From Micrococcales bacterium (GTDB lineage Bacteria; Actinomycetota; Actinomycetes; S36-B12; GCA-2699445): 61,494 bases of DNA. The notes below the pieces were generated by a model. The model worked only from the letters and a program-made list of their open reading frames with translations, had not been told where the DNA came from and did not search any database. Numbering within the stretch: the first letter of the stretch is position 1; each line of letters begins with the position of its first letter. Below are positions 38,994 through 49,532 of this stretch, piece after piece. The position numbers and the translations under genes were made by a program. The stretch is taken from NCBI GenBank assembly GCA_032127075.1, contig JAQAZZ010000052.1, positions 1 through 61,494 on the forward strand. The letters are read 5' to 3'.

Positions 38994-40504
38994 TGGCCGT
39001 GACGGTCTGCCACGGCGCGGTGTGCGTGGGGATGATGGGCCAACTCGTCGAGGTACAGGCCCACGTCAGCAACGGACTGCCGGGCATGACCATCGTGGGA
39101 CTGCCGGACACGTCCATCAGCGAGTCGCGCGACCGGGTTCGCTCGGCGGTCACGAACTGCGGGTTCGACTGGCCGGTGGGACGGATCACCGTGGGGCTGT
39201 CGCCGGCGTTCGAGCACAAGAGGGGCTCCGGGCTCGACCTGGCCGTCGCGATCGCCGTGCTGGCGGCGGCCGAGGTGGTGCCGCCGCAGCGGGCGGCAGC
39301 CGGAGTGTTCCTGGGCGAGCTCGGGCTCGACGGCTCGGTGCGGCCCATCCCCGGCGCGGTGGCAATGGCGCTGGGAATCTCACGCACGACGCCCGGCGCG
39401 GCGGTATTCGCCAGCCCGGCGACCTCGGCCCAGATCGCCCGCGTACCGGGAATCCGCGCGGTGCCGGTGAGTGATCTATCCCAGACGGTCGAGATCATGA
39501 AAGGGGTGCGACCCGAACCTGACCCGCCGGCCGTGGCCGAGTCCCCGATCACGGGCGGCGAACCGCCCGAGCTGGCAGACGTCCTTGGTCAGCGACGTGC
39601 CTGCCGGTCGTTGGAGATCGCAGCCGCCGGAGGCCACCACCTGATGCTGGCGGGGCCGCCCGGTGTCGGCAAGACCATGCTCGCCCAGCGTCTGCCCGGG
39701 CTGCTGCCGCCGCTCAGCGACTCCCAGGCGCTGGAGGTAGCCGCCATCCGCGACGCTGTCGATGGCGGCGTCGATGCGGTGACCCGGGTGCCGCCGTTCC
39801 GCTCGCCGCACCATTCCGCCACACACGTGTCGATGGTGGGCGGAGCCGTGGGCGGTACCACGCGGCCCGGCCAGATCAGCCTCGCCCACCACGGAGTGCT
39901 GTTCCTGGATGAGGCACCGGAGTTCAGCCGGCTGACCCTGGAGTCCCTGCGACAGCCGCTGGAGGACGGGGTGGTCAGCATTGCCCGCGCGGCAGTCACC
40001 GAGCGGGTCCCGGCGAGGTTCCAGCTCGTGCTGGCGGCCAACCCATGCCCCTGCGGCGATGCGGGAACCTCGACCTGCCGCTGTTCGCCGGGTGCTGTGC
40101 GCAGGTACGCGACCCGCATCTCCGGTCCATTGCTGGACCGGGTGGACATGCGCATCACCGTCAGCGCACCCGTCGGCCGCACTCCCGCCGAAACAACGGA
40201 AAAGGTGAGGCAGCGGGTCCTTGCGGCGCGGGAGCGGTCCCGCAGCCGACTGGCGCAGATAGGCGAGGAGTTGAACTGCCGCATCCCCGGCGGGATGCTG
40301 CGGCGGCTCTTCCCGCCCGAGGACGCGGCCATGGCCCAGTTGGAGGGCTGGTACCGCAAACGCCAACTGAGCATGAGGTCGATGGACCGGATCGCCCGGG
40401 TGAGTTGGACCATCGCCGATCTCAACGGCATCGACCGGCCGGGGTCCGACGAGGTCGCCGAGGCCTCCCTGCTCCGGCAGACCAGCGCCGAGGAGCCCGG
40501 ATGA
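38993..40504 (+). CDS. comM: YifB/ComM family Mg-chelatase-like AAA+ ATPase
   Basis: ATG 38993 overlaps the yraN stop (TGATG). N-terminal Lon-like domain (VEVQAHVSNGLPGMTIVGLPD), Walker A GPPGVGKTMLA, FLDEAPEF, and a zinc-ribbon-like CPCG...CRC. Confidence 0.92.
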   Translation: MAVTVCHGAVCVGMMGQLVEVQAHVSNGLPGMTIVGLPDTSISESRDRVRSAVTNCGFDWPVGRITVGLSPAFEHKRGSGLDLAVAIAVLAAAEVVPPQRAAAGVFLGELGLDGSVRPIPGAVAMALGISRTTPGAAVFASPATSAQIARVPGIRAVPVSDLSQTVEIMKGVRPEPDPPAVAESPITGGEPPELADVLGQRRACRSLEIAAAGGHHLMLAGPPGVGKTMLAQRLPGLLPPLSDSQALEVAAIRDAVDGGVDAVTRVPPFRSPHHSATHVSMVGGAVGGTTRPGQISLAHHGVLFLDEAPEFSRLTLESLRQPLEDGVVSIARAAVTERVPARFQLVLAANPCPCGDAGTSTCRCSPGAVRRYATRISGPLLDRVDMRITVSAPVGRTPAETTEKVRQRVLAARERSRSRLAQIGEELNCRIPGGMLRRLFPPEDAAMAQLEGWYRKRQLSMRSMDRIARVSWTIADLNGIDRPGSDEVAEASLLRQTSAEEPG

Positions 40505-41217
40505 GCGTGCCGGTGCGGCAACTGTTGCCCGGCAGCGGCTGGCCGACCCAACTGGACGATCTGCGCCGCGACGCACCCGGGGAGCTGCATGTGCGCGGCG
40601 GCGGCGACCTGCGGCTGCTGGCCTTGCGGTCGGTCGCCGTCGTCGGCTCGCGCAACGCCACCCCCTACGGCATGTCCGTGGCCGACCGGCTGTCGGCCGA
40701 ACTGGTGGCAGCGGGCTGGGTTGTGGTGTCGGGCGCGGCCTACGGCATCGACTCCGCCGCCCACCGCGGCGCGCTGGTCGGTGGCGGCTGCACCGTGGCC
40801 GTCGTCGCCGGTGGCATCGAGCGCACCATGTCGGGGCCGGGCAATCGGATGTTGGCCGCGATCGCGGAACAGGGACTCGTCGTGGCCGAGCATCCCGGCA
40901 CCGTCTCGCCGCAGCGGCACACGTTCCTGCGCCGCAACAGGCTGATCGCAGCGCTGACGCGGGCCACCGTCGTCGTCGAGGCGGCGGAGAGGTCGGGGGC
41001 CCTGAACACCGCACGGTGGGCGGAGTCGGTGGGCCGTATGGTCCTCGCTGTTCCCGGGCCGGTGACCGGCCCGGCGAGCAGGGGCACCCATCGCATGATC
41101 CGCGATTCCCGCGCCGTGCTGGTGCGCGACACCGCAGACGTGCTGGAGGTGCTGGAGCCGATCGGCACCCTGCCGCCGGAATCCCCCGAATCGGGTCTGC
41201 GCTGGGGCACGTCGTGA
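40501..41217 (+). CDS. dprA: DNA-processing protein DprA (short form, Rossmann-fold core only)
   Basis: ATG 40501 overlaps the comM stop (ATGA). VAVVGSRNATPYG...VVSGAAYGIDSAAHRGAL...TVAVVAGGI...FLRRNRLIAALT...VVVEAAERSGALNTA. Only 238 aa. Confidence 0.87.
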   Translation: MSVPVRQLLPGSGWPTQLDDLRRDAPGELHVRGGGDLRLLALRSVAVVGSRNATPYGMSVADRLSAELVAAGWVVVSGAAYGIDSAAHRGALVGGGCTVAVVAGGIERTMSGPGNRMLAAIAEQGLVVAEHPGTVSPQRHTFLRRNRLIAALTRATVVVEAAERSGALNTARWAESVGRMVLAVPGPVTGPASRGTHRMIRDSRAVLVRDTADVLEVLEPIGTLPPESPESGLRWGTS

Positions 41218-41717
41218 CCGCAGCCGACCGACCGCCTGCACGGCGCCGGGCGGCGGCCGTGACCGCCGCGACGGCTCTGGCCCTCTCGACGGCCGCCGTC
41301 GGCGCGCCCGCCGGGGCCGAAGGGGATCCGGTGCCGCCGGTGGCCGGGCGGACGGTGGCCGAATTCGACCCGCCCGACCCGGACTGGATGCCGGGGCACC
41401 GCGGGATAGACCTGGCAGGCGAGCCCGGTGAACCGGTGAGCACCCCGCGAGCCGGCGTTGTCGCGTTCGTGGGACTGGTCGGCTCCGTACCGGTGGTGGT
41501 GGTCCGGCATGGAATCGCCCGCGCCACCTACCAGCCCGTCTCGTCCGACCTCGCGCCGGGCGACCTGGTCGCCGCGGGTGCCTAGCTCGGTGCCCTGGCG
41601 CCGGAGGGCGGCCACTGCGGGGGATCGTGTCTGCATTGGGGGTTGATCGTTTCCGGCGCCTACATCGACCCGCGGCTGATGTTGGGCCGGGTTCGGGTCA
41701 GCCTGGTGCCGCAGTGA
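41214..41717 (+). pseudogene. M23-family metallopeptidase gene interrupted by an in-frame TAG at 41583-41585
   Basis: GTG 41214 overlaps the dprA stop. The N-terminus is Ala-rich and signal-like, and the M23 motif PGHRGIDLAG is present. The frame stops at TAG 41583, then continues open for 43 codons to TGA 41715-41717. Those codons encode [33 protein letters not shown], the conserved C-terminal block of this peptidase family. Confidence 0.65.
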
Positions 41718-41890
41718 ATCGGATGGGCGTTACACTTGCCGCACCGGCCGTATGGCCGGAATTCGCGCGCTCCACTCACAGCGTTCGCCGTCGGTCCCAC
41801 GGGAGGCGGGCGTGGGGGTGCCAGGGACCCGCACCAGATCGGGCGGGTCAAGAACCGACTGCGCCGCGATCGGCGCCGAAAGGACACTTC

Positions 41891-42772
41891 GTGGCTGTCG
41901 TCACAATGCGCCAGATGTTGGAGTCCGGGGTCCATTTCGGACACCAGACCCGGCGCTGGAACCCCAAGATGAAGCGCTTCATCCTCACCGAGCGCAATGG
42001 GATCTACATCATCGATCTTCAGGGATCCCTGTCGTACATCGACCGTGCCTATGAGTTCGTGAGCCAGACGGTGGCCCACGGCGGCACAGTGCTGTTCGTC
42101 GGCACCAAGAAGCAGGCCCAAGAGGCCGTTGCCCAGCAGGCCACCAGGGTGGGGATGCCTTACGTCAACAACCGCTGGCTCGGCGGCATGCTCACCAACT
42201 TCAGCACGGTGCACCAGCGCCTCGAGCGGCTCAAGGAGCTAGAGGACATCGACTACGACGATGTCGCCGGCTCATCGATGACGAAGAAGGAACTTCTCAC
42301 CCTGCGCCGCGAGAAGGACAAACTGGAAGCCACCCTCGGCGGCATACGCAATATGGACAAAGTTCCCAGCGTGGTGTGGCTCGTCGACACGAACAAGGAG
42401 CACATCGCCGTCAAGGAGGCCCACAAACTGGGCATCCCGGTCGTGGCGATCCTCGACACCAACTGCGACCCGGACGAGGTGGACTACCCCGTCCCCGGCA
42501 ATGACGACGCGATCCGGGCGGTAGCGCTGCTCACCCGGGTGATCGCCGACGCCGTCGCCGACGGGCTGCAGACCCGTGCCGGCGCTGCCGCCACCGGCGA
42601 GGAGAGCGAGCCCCTCGCCGAGTGGGAAGCCGAGATCCTGGCCGCACCCGAGGCTCCGGCCCCGGAGGCGGCACCCGAGGCTCCGGCCCCGGAGGCGGCC
42701 ATCGAGGCTGCGGCCCCGGAGGCGGCCATCGAGGCTGCGGCCCCGGAGGCCGTTGCCGAACCGCAGTCCTGA
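41891..42772 (+). CDS. rpsB: 30S ribosomal protein S2 with repetitive Ala/Pro/Glu C-terminal tail
   Basis: GTG 41891 after [34 protein letters not shown]..., a typical S2 core. The upstream part of the track ORF is junk. Confidence 0.95.
   Translation: MAVVTMRQMLESGVHFGHQTRRWNPKMKRFILTERNGIYIIDLQGSLSYIDRAYEFVSQTVAHGGTVLFVGTKKQAQEAVAQQATRVGMPYVNNRWLGGMLTNFSTVHQRLERLKELEDIDYDDVAGSSMTKKELLTLRREKDKLEATLGGIRNMDKVPSVVWLVDTNKEHIAVKEAHKLGIPVVAILDTNCDPDEVDYPVPGNDDAIRAVALLTRVIADAVADGLQTRAGAAATGEESEPLAEWEAEILAAPEAPAPEAAPEAPAPEAAIEAAAPEAAIEAAAPEAVAEPQS
42644..42751 (+). repeat. 4 x 27-nt in-frame tandem repeat inside the rpsB 3' end (encodes APEAPAPEA / AIEAAAPEA units)
   Basis: Read directly. Units lie at 42644, 42671, 42698 and 42725. 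Units 1 and 2 are identical; units 3 and 4 are identical to each other except for the last base. Confidence 0.9.
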
Positions 42773-42800
42773 TCACACCGGTCCAACTGGAGGAACACCC

Positions 42801-43616
42801 ATGGCAATCACCGCTGCCGACGTCAAGAAGCTCCGCGATCGAACCGGGGCTGGGATGATGGAGTGCAAGAGGGCGCTCACCGAGGCTGACGGCGACATCG
42901 ATCGGGCGGTCGAGATCCTGCGCATCTCGGGGGCGGCGAAGGCCGCCAAGCGTGGGGCCGAGCGAACCGCGACCAACGGGCTCGTCGCCCTTGCCGGCAA
43001 CGCTTTGGCCGAACTGCGCTGCGAGACTGACTTCGTGGCCAAGAATGCCGATTTCATAGCGTTGGCCCAAGAACTGGCCGACGCGGTCGCCGAGCAGCGG
43101 CCGGCCGACGCAGCCGCGTTCGCCGCCATGACGCTGCCCTCCGGCAAGACCGCGGAAGCCACGGTGTCAGAACTGTCCGGCATCATCGGGGAGAAGCTCG
43201 AACTCGGCCGCCATGCCCGCGTGGACGGTGAGGCCGTGTCCTACCTGCACAGCCGGTCGGCGGATCTGCCGCCGGCGATCGGGGTCCTGGTCGCCTTCAC
43301 GGGCGACGCTGAAGCCGCTCGCGCGGTGGCGCTGCAGATCGCGGCCATGAAGCCCCGCTATCTCACCCGCGAAGACGTCCCCGCGGATCTTGTCGAGAAC
43401 GAGCGTCGGATCGCCGAGGCGACCGCACGTGAAGAGGGCAAACCCGAGAAGGCGCTGCCGAGGATCGTCGAGGGGCGCCTCAACGGGTTCTTCAAGGAGA
43501 CAGTCCTCCTCGACCAGCCCGCAGTGCAGGAGAGCAAGAAGACCGTCGGCCAGGTGCTCCAGGAAGCTGGCACCACGGTGGACGGCTTCGCCCTCATCGA
43601 AGTGGGGAAAGCCTGA
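42801..43616 (+). CDS. tsf: Elongation factor Ts
   Basis: ATG 42801 after [48 protein letters not shown] (UBA-like N-domain). Confidence 0.96.
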   Translation: MAITAADVKKLRDRTGAGMMECKRALTEADGDIDRAVEILRISGAAKAAKRGAERTATNGLVALAGNALAELRCETDFVAKNADFIALAQELADAVAEQRPADAAAFAAMTLPSGKTAEATVSELSGIIGEKLELGRHARVDGEAVSYLHSRSADLPPAIGVLVAFTGDAEAARAVALQIAAMKPRYLTREDVPADLVENERRIAEATAREEGKPEKALPRIVEGRLNGFFKETVLLDQPAVQESKKTVGQVLQEAGTTVDGFALIEVGKA

Positions 43617-43630
43617 TCCGGGAGCCCGTC

Positions 43631-44401
43631 GTGGACGAGACGCATGTGCAGGAAGTTCTGGCGGGAGCAGTCGAGCAGTGGCCGGCTGCGCCGCCGGGTG
43701 GCTTCACCCGGGTCCTGCTGAAGCTATCGGGGGAGGCCTTCGCCGGCGGTGGCGGTCTCGGAGTTGATCCGATGGTCGTGCAATCCATCGCCGCCCAGAT
43801 CGCCGCTGTGGTCAGGTCCGGGGTGGAGGTCGCCGTGGTGATCGGCGGCGGCAACTACTTCCGGGGCGCAGAGTTGTCCGAGCACGGCATGGAGCGAGCC
43901 CGGGCGGACTACATGGGGATGCTGGGCACAGTCATGAACTGCCTGGCGCTGCAGGACTTCTGCGAGAAGCAAGGGGTCGAAACCCGTGTCCAGACCGCGA
44001 TCTCCATGGGGCAGGTGGCCGAGCCGTACATCCCCCGGCGGGCTGAGCGGCACTTGCAGAAGGGCAGAGTGGTGATCTTTGGTGCGGGTCTGGGAGCCCC
44101 CTACTTCTCCACCGACACCACCGCCGCCCAACGGGCGCTTGAGATCGGCGCCGAGGTGGTGTTGATGGCCAAGGGCGTGGACGGCGTGTACGACGCCGAT
44201 CCGCGCACGAATCCCGGCGCCCACCGGTTCGAGCGGCTCAGCTGCGATGACGTGCTCCAGCGCGACCTCAAAGTCGCCGACGCGACAGCCATCAGCCTGT
44301 GCCGGGACAACAAACTGCCCATCGTGGTCTTCAACCTGCTGACGGAGGGAAACATCGCCCGGGCCGTGCGCGGTGAGAAGATCGGTACATTCATCGGCTG
44401 A
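43631..44401 (+). CDS. pyrH: UMP kinase
   Basis: [19 protein letters not shown] and [23 protein letters not shown] blocks. GTG 43631 lies 6 nt after GGGAG; GTG 43646 is also possible. Confidence 0.94.
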   Translation: MDETHVQEVLAGAVEQWPAAPPGGFTRVLLKLSGEAFAGGGGLGVDPMVVQSIAAQIAAVVRSGVEVAVVIGGGNYFRGAELSEHGMERARADYMGMLGTVMNCLALQDFCEKQGVETRVQTAISMGQVAEPYIPRRAERHLQKGRVVIFGAGLGAPYFSTDTTAAQRALEIGAEVVLMAKGVDGVYDADPRTNPGAHRFERLSCDDVLQRDLKVADATAISLCRDNKLPIVVFNLLTEGNIARAVRGEKIGTFIG

Positions 44402-44451
44402 CGACCTGCGCGGCGCATCCGCGGCGCACGGCAAGGGGTAAGGAGCCCGAC

Positions 44452-45009
44452 ATGATCGACGAAACCCTCTTCGAGGCGGAAGAGAAGATGGACAAGGCAT
44501 TGACTGTCGCCCAGGATGACTTCGCCAGCATCCGCACGGGACGTGCCAATCCGGCGATGTTCAGCAAGTTGACAGTGGACTACTACGGCACGGCCACACC
44601 GATCCAGCAGTTGGCGTCGTTCGCCACCCAGGAAGCCAGACTGGTGGTGATCACCCCCTACGACAAGTCCGTCATGGCGGCCATCGAACGGGTGATCCGC
44701 GATTCCGACCTCGGTGTGAACCCCACCTCCGACGGAACGGTCATCAGGGTCGCCCTCCCGCAGCTCACAGAGGAGCGGCGCAAGGAGTACGTCAAGCAGG
44801 CCAAGTCGAAGGCCGAGGACGCACGCATCGCGGTGCGCAACATCCGCCGGCACGCCAACCAGGTGCTGGACCGTATGATCAAGGACGGAGACGCGGGCGA
44901 GGACGACGTCAAGCGCGCCGAGAAGCATCTGGACGACATCACCCACAGGCATGTGGCTCACATAGATGACATTCTGAAGCACAAGGAAGCCGAACTGCTC
45001 GAGGTGTGA
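44452..45009 (+). CDS. frr: Ribosome recycling factor
   Basis: 185 aa. [16 protein letters not shown]...[19 protein letters not shown]...[17 protein letters not shown]. Confidence 0.96.
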   Translation: MIDETLFEAEEKMDKALTVAQDDFASIRTGRANPAMFSKLTVDYYGTATPIQQLASFATQEARLVVITPYDKSVMAAIERVIRDSDLGVNPTSDGTVIRVALPQLTEERRKEYVKQAKSKAEDARIAVRNIRRHANQVLDRMIKDGDAGEDDVKRAEKHLDDITHRHVAHIDDILKHKEAELLEV

Positions 45010-45012
45010 CGC

Positions 45013-45870
45013 ATGGCCGAGACGACTGGCGGGGGCGCAACCGCGGCCCCTGATTCTGGCGCGGGCAAGGCAGGGCGCAACCTCCCCGTCGCGGTCGCCG
45101 CGGGTGTCTTCCTCGGGGGGATGGCGCTGGCGAGTCTGGTATGGATCGAATGGCTGTTCATCCCGCTGGCCGCGGCGGCGCTGGTCATCGGGGCGTCGGA
45201 GATCACCGCGGCGATGGCCACCCGTGGCATCCGGGTGCTCGCGGTTCCCCTCTACGTCGGGATCCCCGTGGTCGCGGTCAGCGCCTACGCCTGGGGCGAA
45301 CCGGCCTTCCTGGCCACTTTCGGCGCGTTGGTGCTGCTGCTGCTGATCGGGCAGCTGAACCGCGGCACCGATCACTACGTGCGCGACGCGTCGGCCTCGG
45401 TACTGGTCGCCGGCTACCTGCCCCTGATGATCGGCTTCGCCATGCTCACCCTCGGCGGCGAGCAGGGGAACCTGCGGATCATCGTGTTCATCAGCCTTAC
45501 CATCAGCAGTGACATAGGCGGCTATGCCGCGGGTGTCCTGTTCGGCAAGCACCCGATGGCGCCGGGCATCAGCCCGAAGAAGTCGTGGGAGGGTTTCGCC
45601 GGCTCGGTGCTGTTCCAGGTGGTCGTGGGCATAGTGCTGTTCGTCTACCTCTTGGATGCGCCTTGGTGGGCCGGTGCCATCACCGGCGCGGTCATGACGG
45701 TCACCGCGACGGGTGGTGATTTCGTCGAGAGCGCGATCAAGCGCGACTTGGGCATCAAGGACATGGGCTCGATCATTCCCGCCCACGGCGGGCTCATGGA
45801 TCGGTTGGACTCCCTGGTCCCCAACGCCTTCGTCTCCTGGGTGATGTTCACATTGCTGCTGAGCCCATGA
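45013..45870 (+). CDS. cdsA: Phosphatidate cytidylyltransferase
   Basis: 285 aa, multi-TM protein. CDS signature [28 protein letters not shown]. Confidence 0.92.
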   Translation: MAETTGGGATAAPDSGAGKAGRNLPVAVAAGVFLGGMALASLVWIEWLFIPLAAAALVIGASEITAAMATRGIRVLAVPLYVGIPVVAVSAYAWGEPAFLATFGALVLLLLIGQLNRGTDHYVRDASASVLVAGYLPLMIGFAMLTLGGEQGNLRIIVFISLTISSDIGGYAAGVLFGKHPMAPGISPKKSWEGFAGSVLFQVVVGIVLFVYLLDAPWWAGAITGAVMTVTATGGDFVESAIKRDLGIKDMGSIIPAHGGLMDRLDSLVPNAFVSWVMFTLLLSP

Positions 45871-46985
45871 CATCCGATCTGAACATGCCGGGGATCACCC
45901 GCCCGCAGCCCCGCAGGGAGCGGGCGGTCAAGCCGCCCGGCCACTGGGCGGACATGTCCACCGGCGAGCGCATCGAGGCGGTCAGCGCGGCAGGGCTGCC
46001 CCGGTTCCGGTCCGATCAGATCAGCCGCCACTATTTCGGGCGCGACAGCGCCGACCCGTCCGCATGGACCGACCTGTCGACCGAGTTGGCCGCGACGGTG
46101 GCGGGAACCTGGTTCCCGCAACTGCTGACCGAGGTGACCACAGCCACCTGCGACGCCGGTGCCACCGCCAAATCGGTGTGGCGGCTGACCGGCGGAGCGC
46201 TGGTGGAGAGTGTCGTCATGGGCTACCCGGACCGGGTCACCGCCTGCATCTCCAGTCAGGCCGGCTGCGGAATCGGTTGTCCCTTCTGCGCGACCGGGCA
46301 GCAGGGTCTCGCGCGCAACCTCAGCGCCGCCGAGATCGTCGAACAGGTCCGGCAGGCACGAATCGCCGCCCAGTCGGGGGCTCTGGGGCCGCGCCGCAGA
46401 CTCAGCAACATCGTCTTCATGGGGATGGGCGAGCCGCTGGCGAACTACAAGGCGGTGGTTGCGGCGCTGCACCGGATCATCGACCCCGCGCCCGCGGGGT
46501 TCGGCATCTCCGCCCGATCCGTGACGGTGTCCACCGTGGGGCTCGTTCCCCGGGTCCGTCAGCTGGCCGGCGAGGGGATGCCGGTCACCCTCGCGCTGTC
46601 GCTGCATGCACCCGACGACGAGTTGCGGGACACACTCGTGCCGATCAACGACCGCTGGCCCGTCGCCGAGGTGATCGCCGCCGCCGACGACTACGCCGCG
46701 GCGACCGGTCGCCGGTACAGCATCGAATACGCGTTGATCCGTGAGATCAACGACCAGCCGTGGCGCGCCGATGCCCTGGCCGCGCTGCTGCGGGGTCGAC
46801 TGGCACATGTGAACCTGATCCCGCTGAACCCCACCCCGGGATCGGTGTGGACCGCGTCCGACCCGGCGGTTTCCGCGGAGTTCGTGCGCCGGTTGCGGTC
46901 CGGCGGTGCCGCGGTGACAGTGCGCGACACCCGAGGTCGCGAGATCGACGGCGCCTGCGGCCAGCTCGCGGCGGCGCAGGGATGA
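45867..46985 (+). CDS. rlmN: 23S rRNA/tRNA (adenine-C2)-methyltransferase RlmN (radical SAM)
   Basis: 372 aa. Radical-SAM cluster CGIGCPFC, plus [11 protein letters not shown] and CGQL blocks. ATGA overlap with cdsA. Confidence 0.92.
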   Translation: MTSDLNMPGITRPQPRRERAVKPPGHWADMSTGERIEAVSAAGLPRFRSDQISRHYFGRDSADPSAWTDLSTELAATVAGTWFPQLLTEVTTATCDAGATAKSVWRLTGGALVESVVMGYPDRVTACISSQAGCGIGCPFCATGQQGLARNLSAAEIVEQVRQARIAAQSGALGPRRRLSNIVFMGMGEPLANYKAVVAALHRIIDPAPAGFGISARSVTVSTVGLVPRVRQLAGEGMPVTLALSLHAPDDELRDTLVPINDRWPVAEVIAAADDYAAATGRRYSIEYALIREINDQPWRADALAALLRGRLAHVNLIPLNPTPGSVWTASDPAVSAEFVRRLRSGGAAVTVRDTRGREIDGACGQLAAAQG

Positions 46986-48166
46986 GCGACGCGCCGCGAC
47001 GGGTGGTCAGCCTGGGGGCAACCGGTTCCATCGGAACGCAAGCCGCCGACATCATCGGGCGCAACCCGGCGCGGTTTCACGCCGTGGGCCTGTCCGCCAC
47101 CGGCCGCCGTTTCGAGGAACTCGCCGATCAGGTGGACCGGCTTCGGCCCGAAGCAGTGGCCGTGGCAGATCCAGCGGCCGCGAGGCGCCTGCGGGAGCGC
47201 AACCCGGGCCTGGAGGTCCTCGATGGGCCGGGGGGTGCCGAGCAGGTGGCGGCGATGTCGGCCGACGTGGTCCTCAACGGCATCGCGGGGGCCGCGGGAC
47301 TCCGCCCGACCCTTGCGGCACTGGGAGCCGGCAACGTCCTCGCGCTGGCCAACAAGGAGTCGCTGATCATCGGTGGTCCGCTGGTCACTCGGCTGGCTGC
47401 CCCGGGGCAGATCGTGCCCGTCGACTCCGAGCACTCCGCGCTCGCCCAAGCGCTGCGGTCGGGCAGCCGCGGCGAGGTCCGCCGCCTGATCCTCACCGCA
47501 TCCGGCGGCCCGTTCCGAGGCTGGGACACCGAGCGGTTGAGGACCGTCGCGCCGCAGCAGGCGCTGGCACATCCGACCTGGGATATGGGCCCGCTGGTCA
47601 CCATCAACTCCGCGACCCTGGTCAACAAGGGTTTGGAGCTGATCGAGGCTCATCTGCTGTTCGACATGCCGCTGGACCGCATCGACGTTGTGGTCCATCC
47701 GCAGTCGGTCATCCACTCCATGGTGGAATTCGTGGACGGCTCCACCATCGCGCAGGCCAGCCCCCCGGACATGCGCCTGCCCATCGCGCTGGGGCTCGGC
47801 TGGCCCGACCGCGTCCCCGACGCCGCAGCAGCCTGCGACTGGACCCGACGGGCCGAGTGGAGTTTCGAGCCGGTCGACCATGAGACCTTCCCCGCAGTAC
47901 GCCTCGCCGCCCGCGTGGCCGAGGCGGGCGGGGTGCTGCCGGCGGTGTTCAACGCCGCCGATGAGGTGGCGGTGTCTGCGTTCCTGTCCCACGAGATGCC
48001 CTTCACCGGGATTGTTGAGACGGTCGCGCGTGTTGTCGATGAATACGACGGGCGCTTCGACGGCAACGATCCCGGCCTCGACGACGTCCTAGCGGCAGAT
48101 GACTGGGCCCGCCAGCGGGCAGCGGCTTGCATCCGATCGGGCCGGGCAGTCGCCGAGGACGGGTGA
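46982..48166 (+). CDS. dxr: 1-deoxy-D-xylulose 5-phosphate reductoisomerase
   Basis: ATG 46982 overlaps the rlmN stop. [29 protein letters not shown] and HPTWDMG blocks. Confidence 0.95.
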   Translation: MSDAPRRVVSLGATGSIGTQAADIIGRNPARFHAVGLSATGRRFEELADQVDRLRPEAVAVADPAAARRLRERNPGLEVLDGPGGAEQVAAMSADVVLNGIAGAAGLRPTLAALGAGNVLALANKESLIIGGPLVTRLAAPGQIVPVDSEHSALAQALRSGSRGEVRRLILTASGGPFRGWDTERLRTVAPQQALAHPTWDMGPLVTINSATLVNKGLELIEAHLLFDMPLDRIDVVVHPQSVIHSMVEFVDGSTIAQASPPDMRLPIALGLGWPDRVPDAAAACDWTRRAEWSFEPVDHETFPAVRLAARVAEAGGVLPAVFNAADEVAVSAFLSHEMPFTGIVETVARVVDEYDGRFDGNDPGLDDVLAADDWARQRAAACIRSGRAVAEDG

Positions 48167-48178
48167 GGAGGAGACGGC

Positions 48179-49492
48179 ATGGGCGAGGTTCTGGCGAACA
48201 TTGCTGGCATCTTGCTGTTCGTCTTTCTGATCTTCGTGTCCATCGGGTTGCATGAGTTCGGACACTTCTCGACCGCCAAGCGCTACGGGGCCAAGGTCAC
48301 CGAGTTCATGATCGGATTCGGGCCGAAGCTGGTGTCGCGAAGCCGGGGCGAAACCGACTACGGCATCAAGGCGGTGCCCCTCGGCGGCTACGTGCGCATC
48401 ATCGGCATGTACCCGCCCGCAAAGGCGGGGCAACAGGTCCGCGCAGGTCGCATGGCGGAGTTGGTGGCAGAGGCGCGCCAACAATCCCTGTCAGAGATCG
48501 AGCCGGGCGACGAGGACCGGGTGTTCTACAACCTGCCGGTGCGCCAGCGGGTTGTCGTGATGATGGCCGGGCCGGCCATGAACCTGTTCCTGGCGGTGGT
48601 GCTCTTCAGCGCCATGCTGGTCGGGATCGGCTTGCCGAGCCCAGGCACGACCATCGCGGCGACCGTGACCTGTGTGCCGACGGCGGCGAACCCCGCCGGC
48701 GCCGCCGGCGAGGCCGGTGGCTGCGACGGTTCGTTGCCCACCGCGGCGAGTGCGGCGGGTCTCATGGCGGGCGACCGGATCGTCGCCGTGGCCGGGACAC
48801 GGGTGAGCGATTGGGACGGTCTGGGCGTAGCCCTTGAAGGGGCCGCGGGGGCCACGGCCGTGACGGTGGAGCGCGGCGGCGAGCGCGTCACAACCACCGC
48901 CGACCTGCGGCAGGTTGACTACCCGATCTACGACGAGCGAGGCCGGGCCACGGGGGAGACCACCCCCCGGGTGTTCCTCGGCGTGCGACCTGCCATCGAC
49001 TACGTGCCGCTGTCCTTGGCGGAAGTGCCCGGCTACATGTGGGAGATCACGACCGCCTCGGTGGGTGCCCTGGTGACGATGCCGCAACGCGTGTGGGAAC
49101 TCGGCGGCACCCTGGCCACTGGCGGCGACCGCTCCCCGGAAAGCCCGGTCAGTGTTGTGGGAGTCAGCCGCCTCGGCGGCGAGATCGCGGCGGCCGAGGT
49201 TCCGGTCCAGGCCAAGATAGGGACTTTCCTGGGGCTCGCCGCCTCACTGAACCTCTTCCTCTTCCTCTTCAACCTGCTGCCCGTGCTTCCGCTCGACGGC
49301 GGTCATGTCGCCGCAGCCCTGTGGGAGGGCGCCCGGCGTTCGTGGGCCCGGCGGCGCGGCAACCCCGATCCCGGACCGGTCGACACCGCCCGGCTGCTGC
49401 CCGTCACCTACTCCGTGGCCGTCATGCTGATAGTCGTCGGCGTGATGGTGGTGTGGGCTGACATCGTCAAGCCGATCACGCTCGGCGGATGA
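48179..49492 (+). CDS. rip1: Site-2 (M50) intramembrane zinc metalloprotease, Rip1/RseP type
   Basis: 437 aa. HEFGH in the first TM region, a PDZ-like middle segment, and [24 protein letters not shown]. Confidence 0.92.
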   Translation: MGEVLANIAGILLFVFLIFVSIGLHEFGHFSTAKRYGAKVTEFMIGFGPKLVSRSRGETDYGIKAVPLGGYVRIIGMYPPAKAGQQVRAGRMAELVAEARQQSLSEIEPGDEDRVFYNLPVRQRVVVMMAGPAMNLFLAVVLFSAMLVGIGLPSPGTTIAATVTCVPTAANPAGAAGEAGGCDGSLPTAASAAGLMAGDRIVAVAGTRVSDWDGLGVALEGAAGATAVTVERGGERVTTTADLRQVDYPIYDERGRATGETTPRVFLGVRPAIDYVPLSLAEVPGYMWEITTASVGALVTMPQRVWELGGTLATGGDRSPESPVSVVGVSRLGGEIAAAEVPVQAKIGTFLGLAASLNLFLFLFNLLPVLPLDGGHVAAALWEGARRSWARRRGNPDPGPVDTARLLPVTYSVAVMLIVVGVMVVWADIVKPITLGG

Positions 49493-49532
49493 AACCATCG
49501 CGAGGGATAATGGTCCTGAATCAGGAGGTTCT

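Noticed and set aside
40045-40500. A longer, 390-aa DprA matching the size of mycobacterial DprA.
   Set aside because: The extra 152 codons overlap comM out of frame and translate to Arg/Pro/His-rich junk with no SAM/HhH features. ATG 40501 forms a typical ATGA coupling with the comM stop.
39476-41527. 683-aa and 550-aa - strand ORFs opposite comM, dprA and the M23 gene.
   Set aside because: They are shadow ORFs with Arg/Pro-rich translation, and the + strand genes have clear family motifs and coupled starts.
41583-41585. The TAG in the M23 gene as programmed recoding (pyrrolysine) or a genetic-code variant.
   Set aside because: Other genes in the window, such as ddl, mutM and the SepIVA-slot ORF, terminate normally with TAG. 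No Pyl machinery is expected in this phylum. A nonsense mutation or sequencing error is far more parsimonious.
41718-41890. A possible structured leader or small RNA in the 173-nt gap upstream of rpsB.
   Set aside because: I could find only a weak promoter-like TTACAC...TATGGC with sub-optimal spacing, and no convincing extended helices. This is not supportable without comparative data.
42644-42751. Regularly spaced repeats (also 54373-54426 and 57705-58235) as possible CRISPR-like arrays.
   Set aside because: They are contiguous tandem repeats with no unique spacers. They are in frame inside coding sequences and encode low-complexity Pro/Ala/Gly tails.
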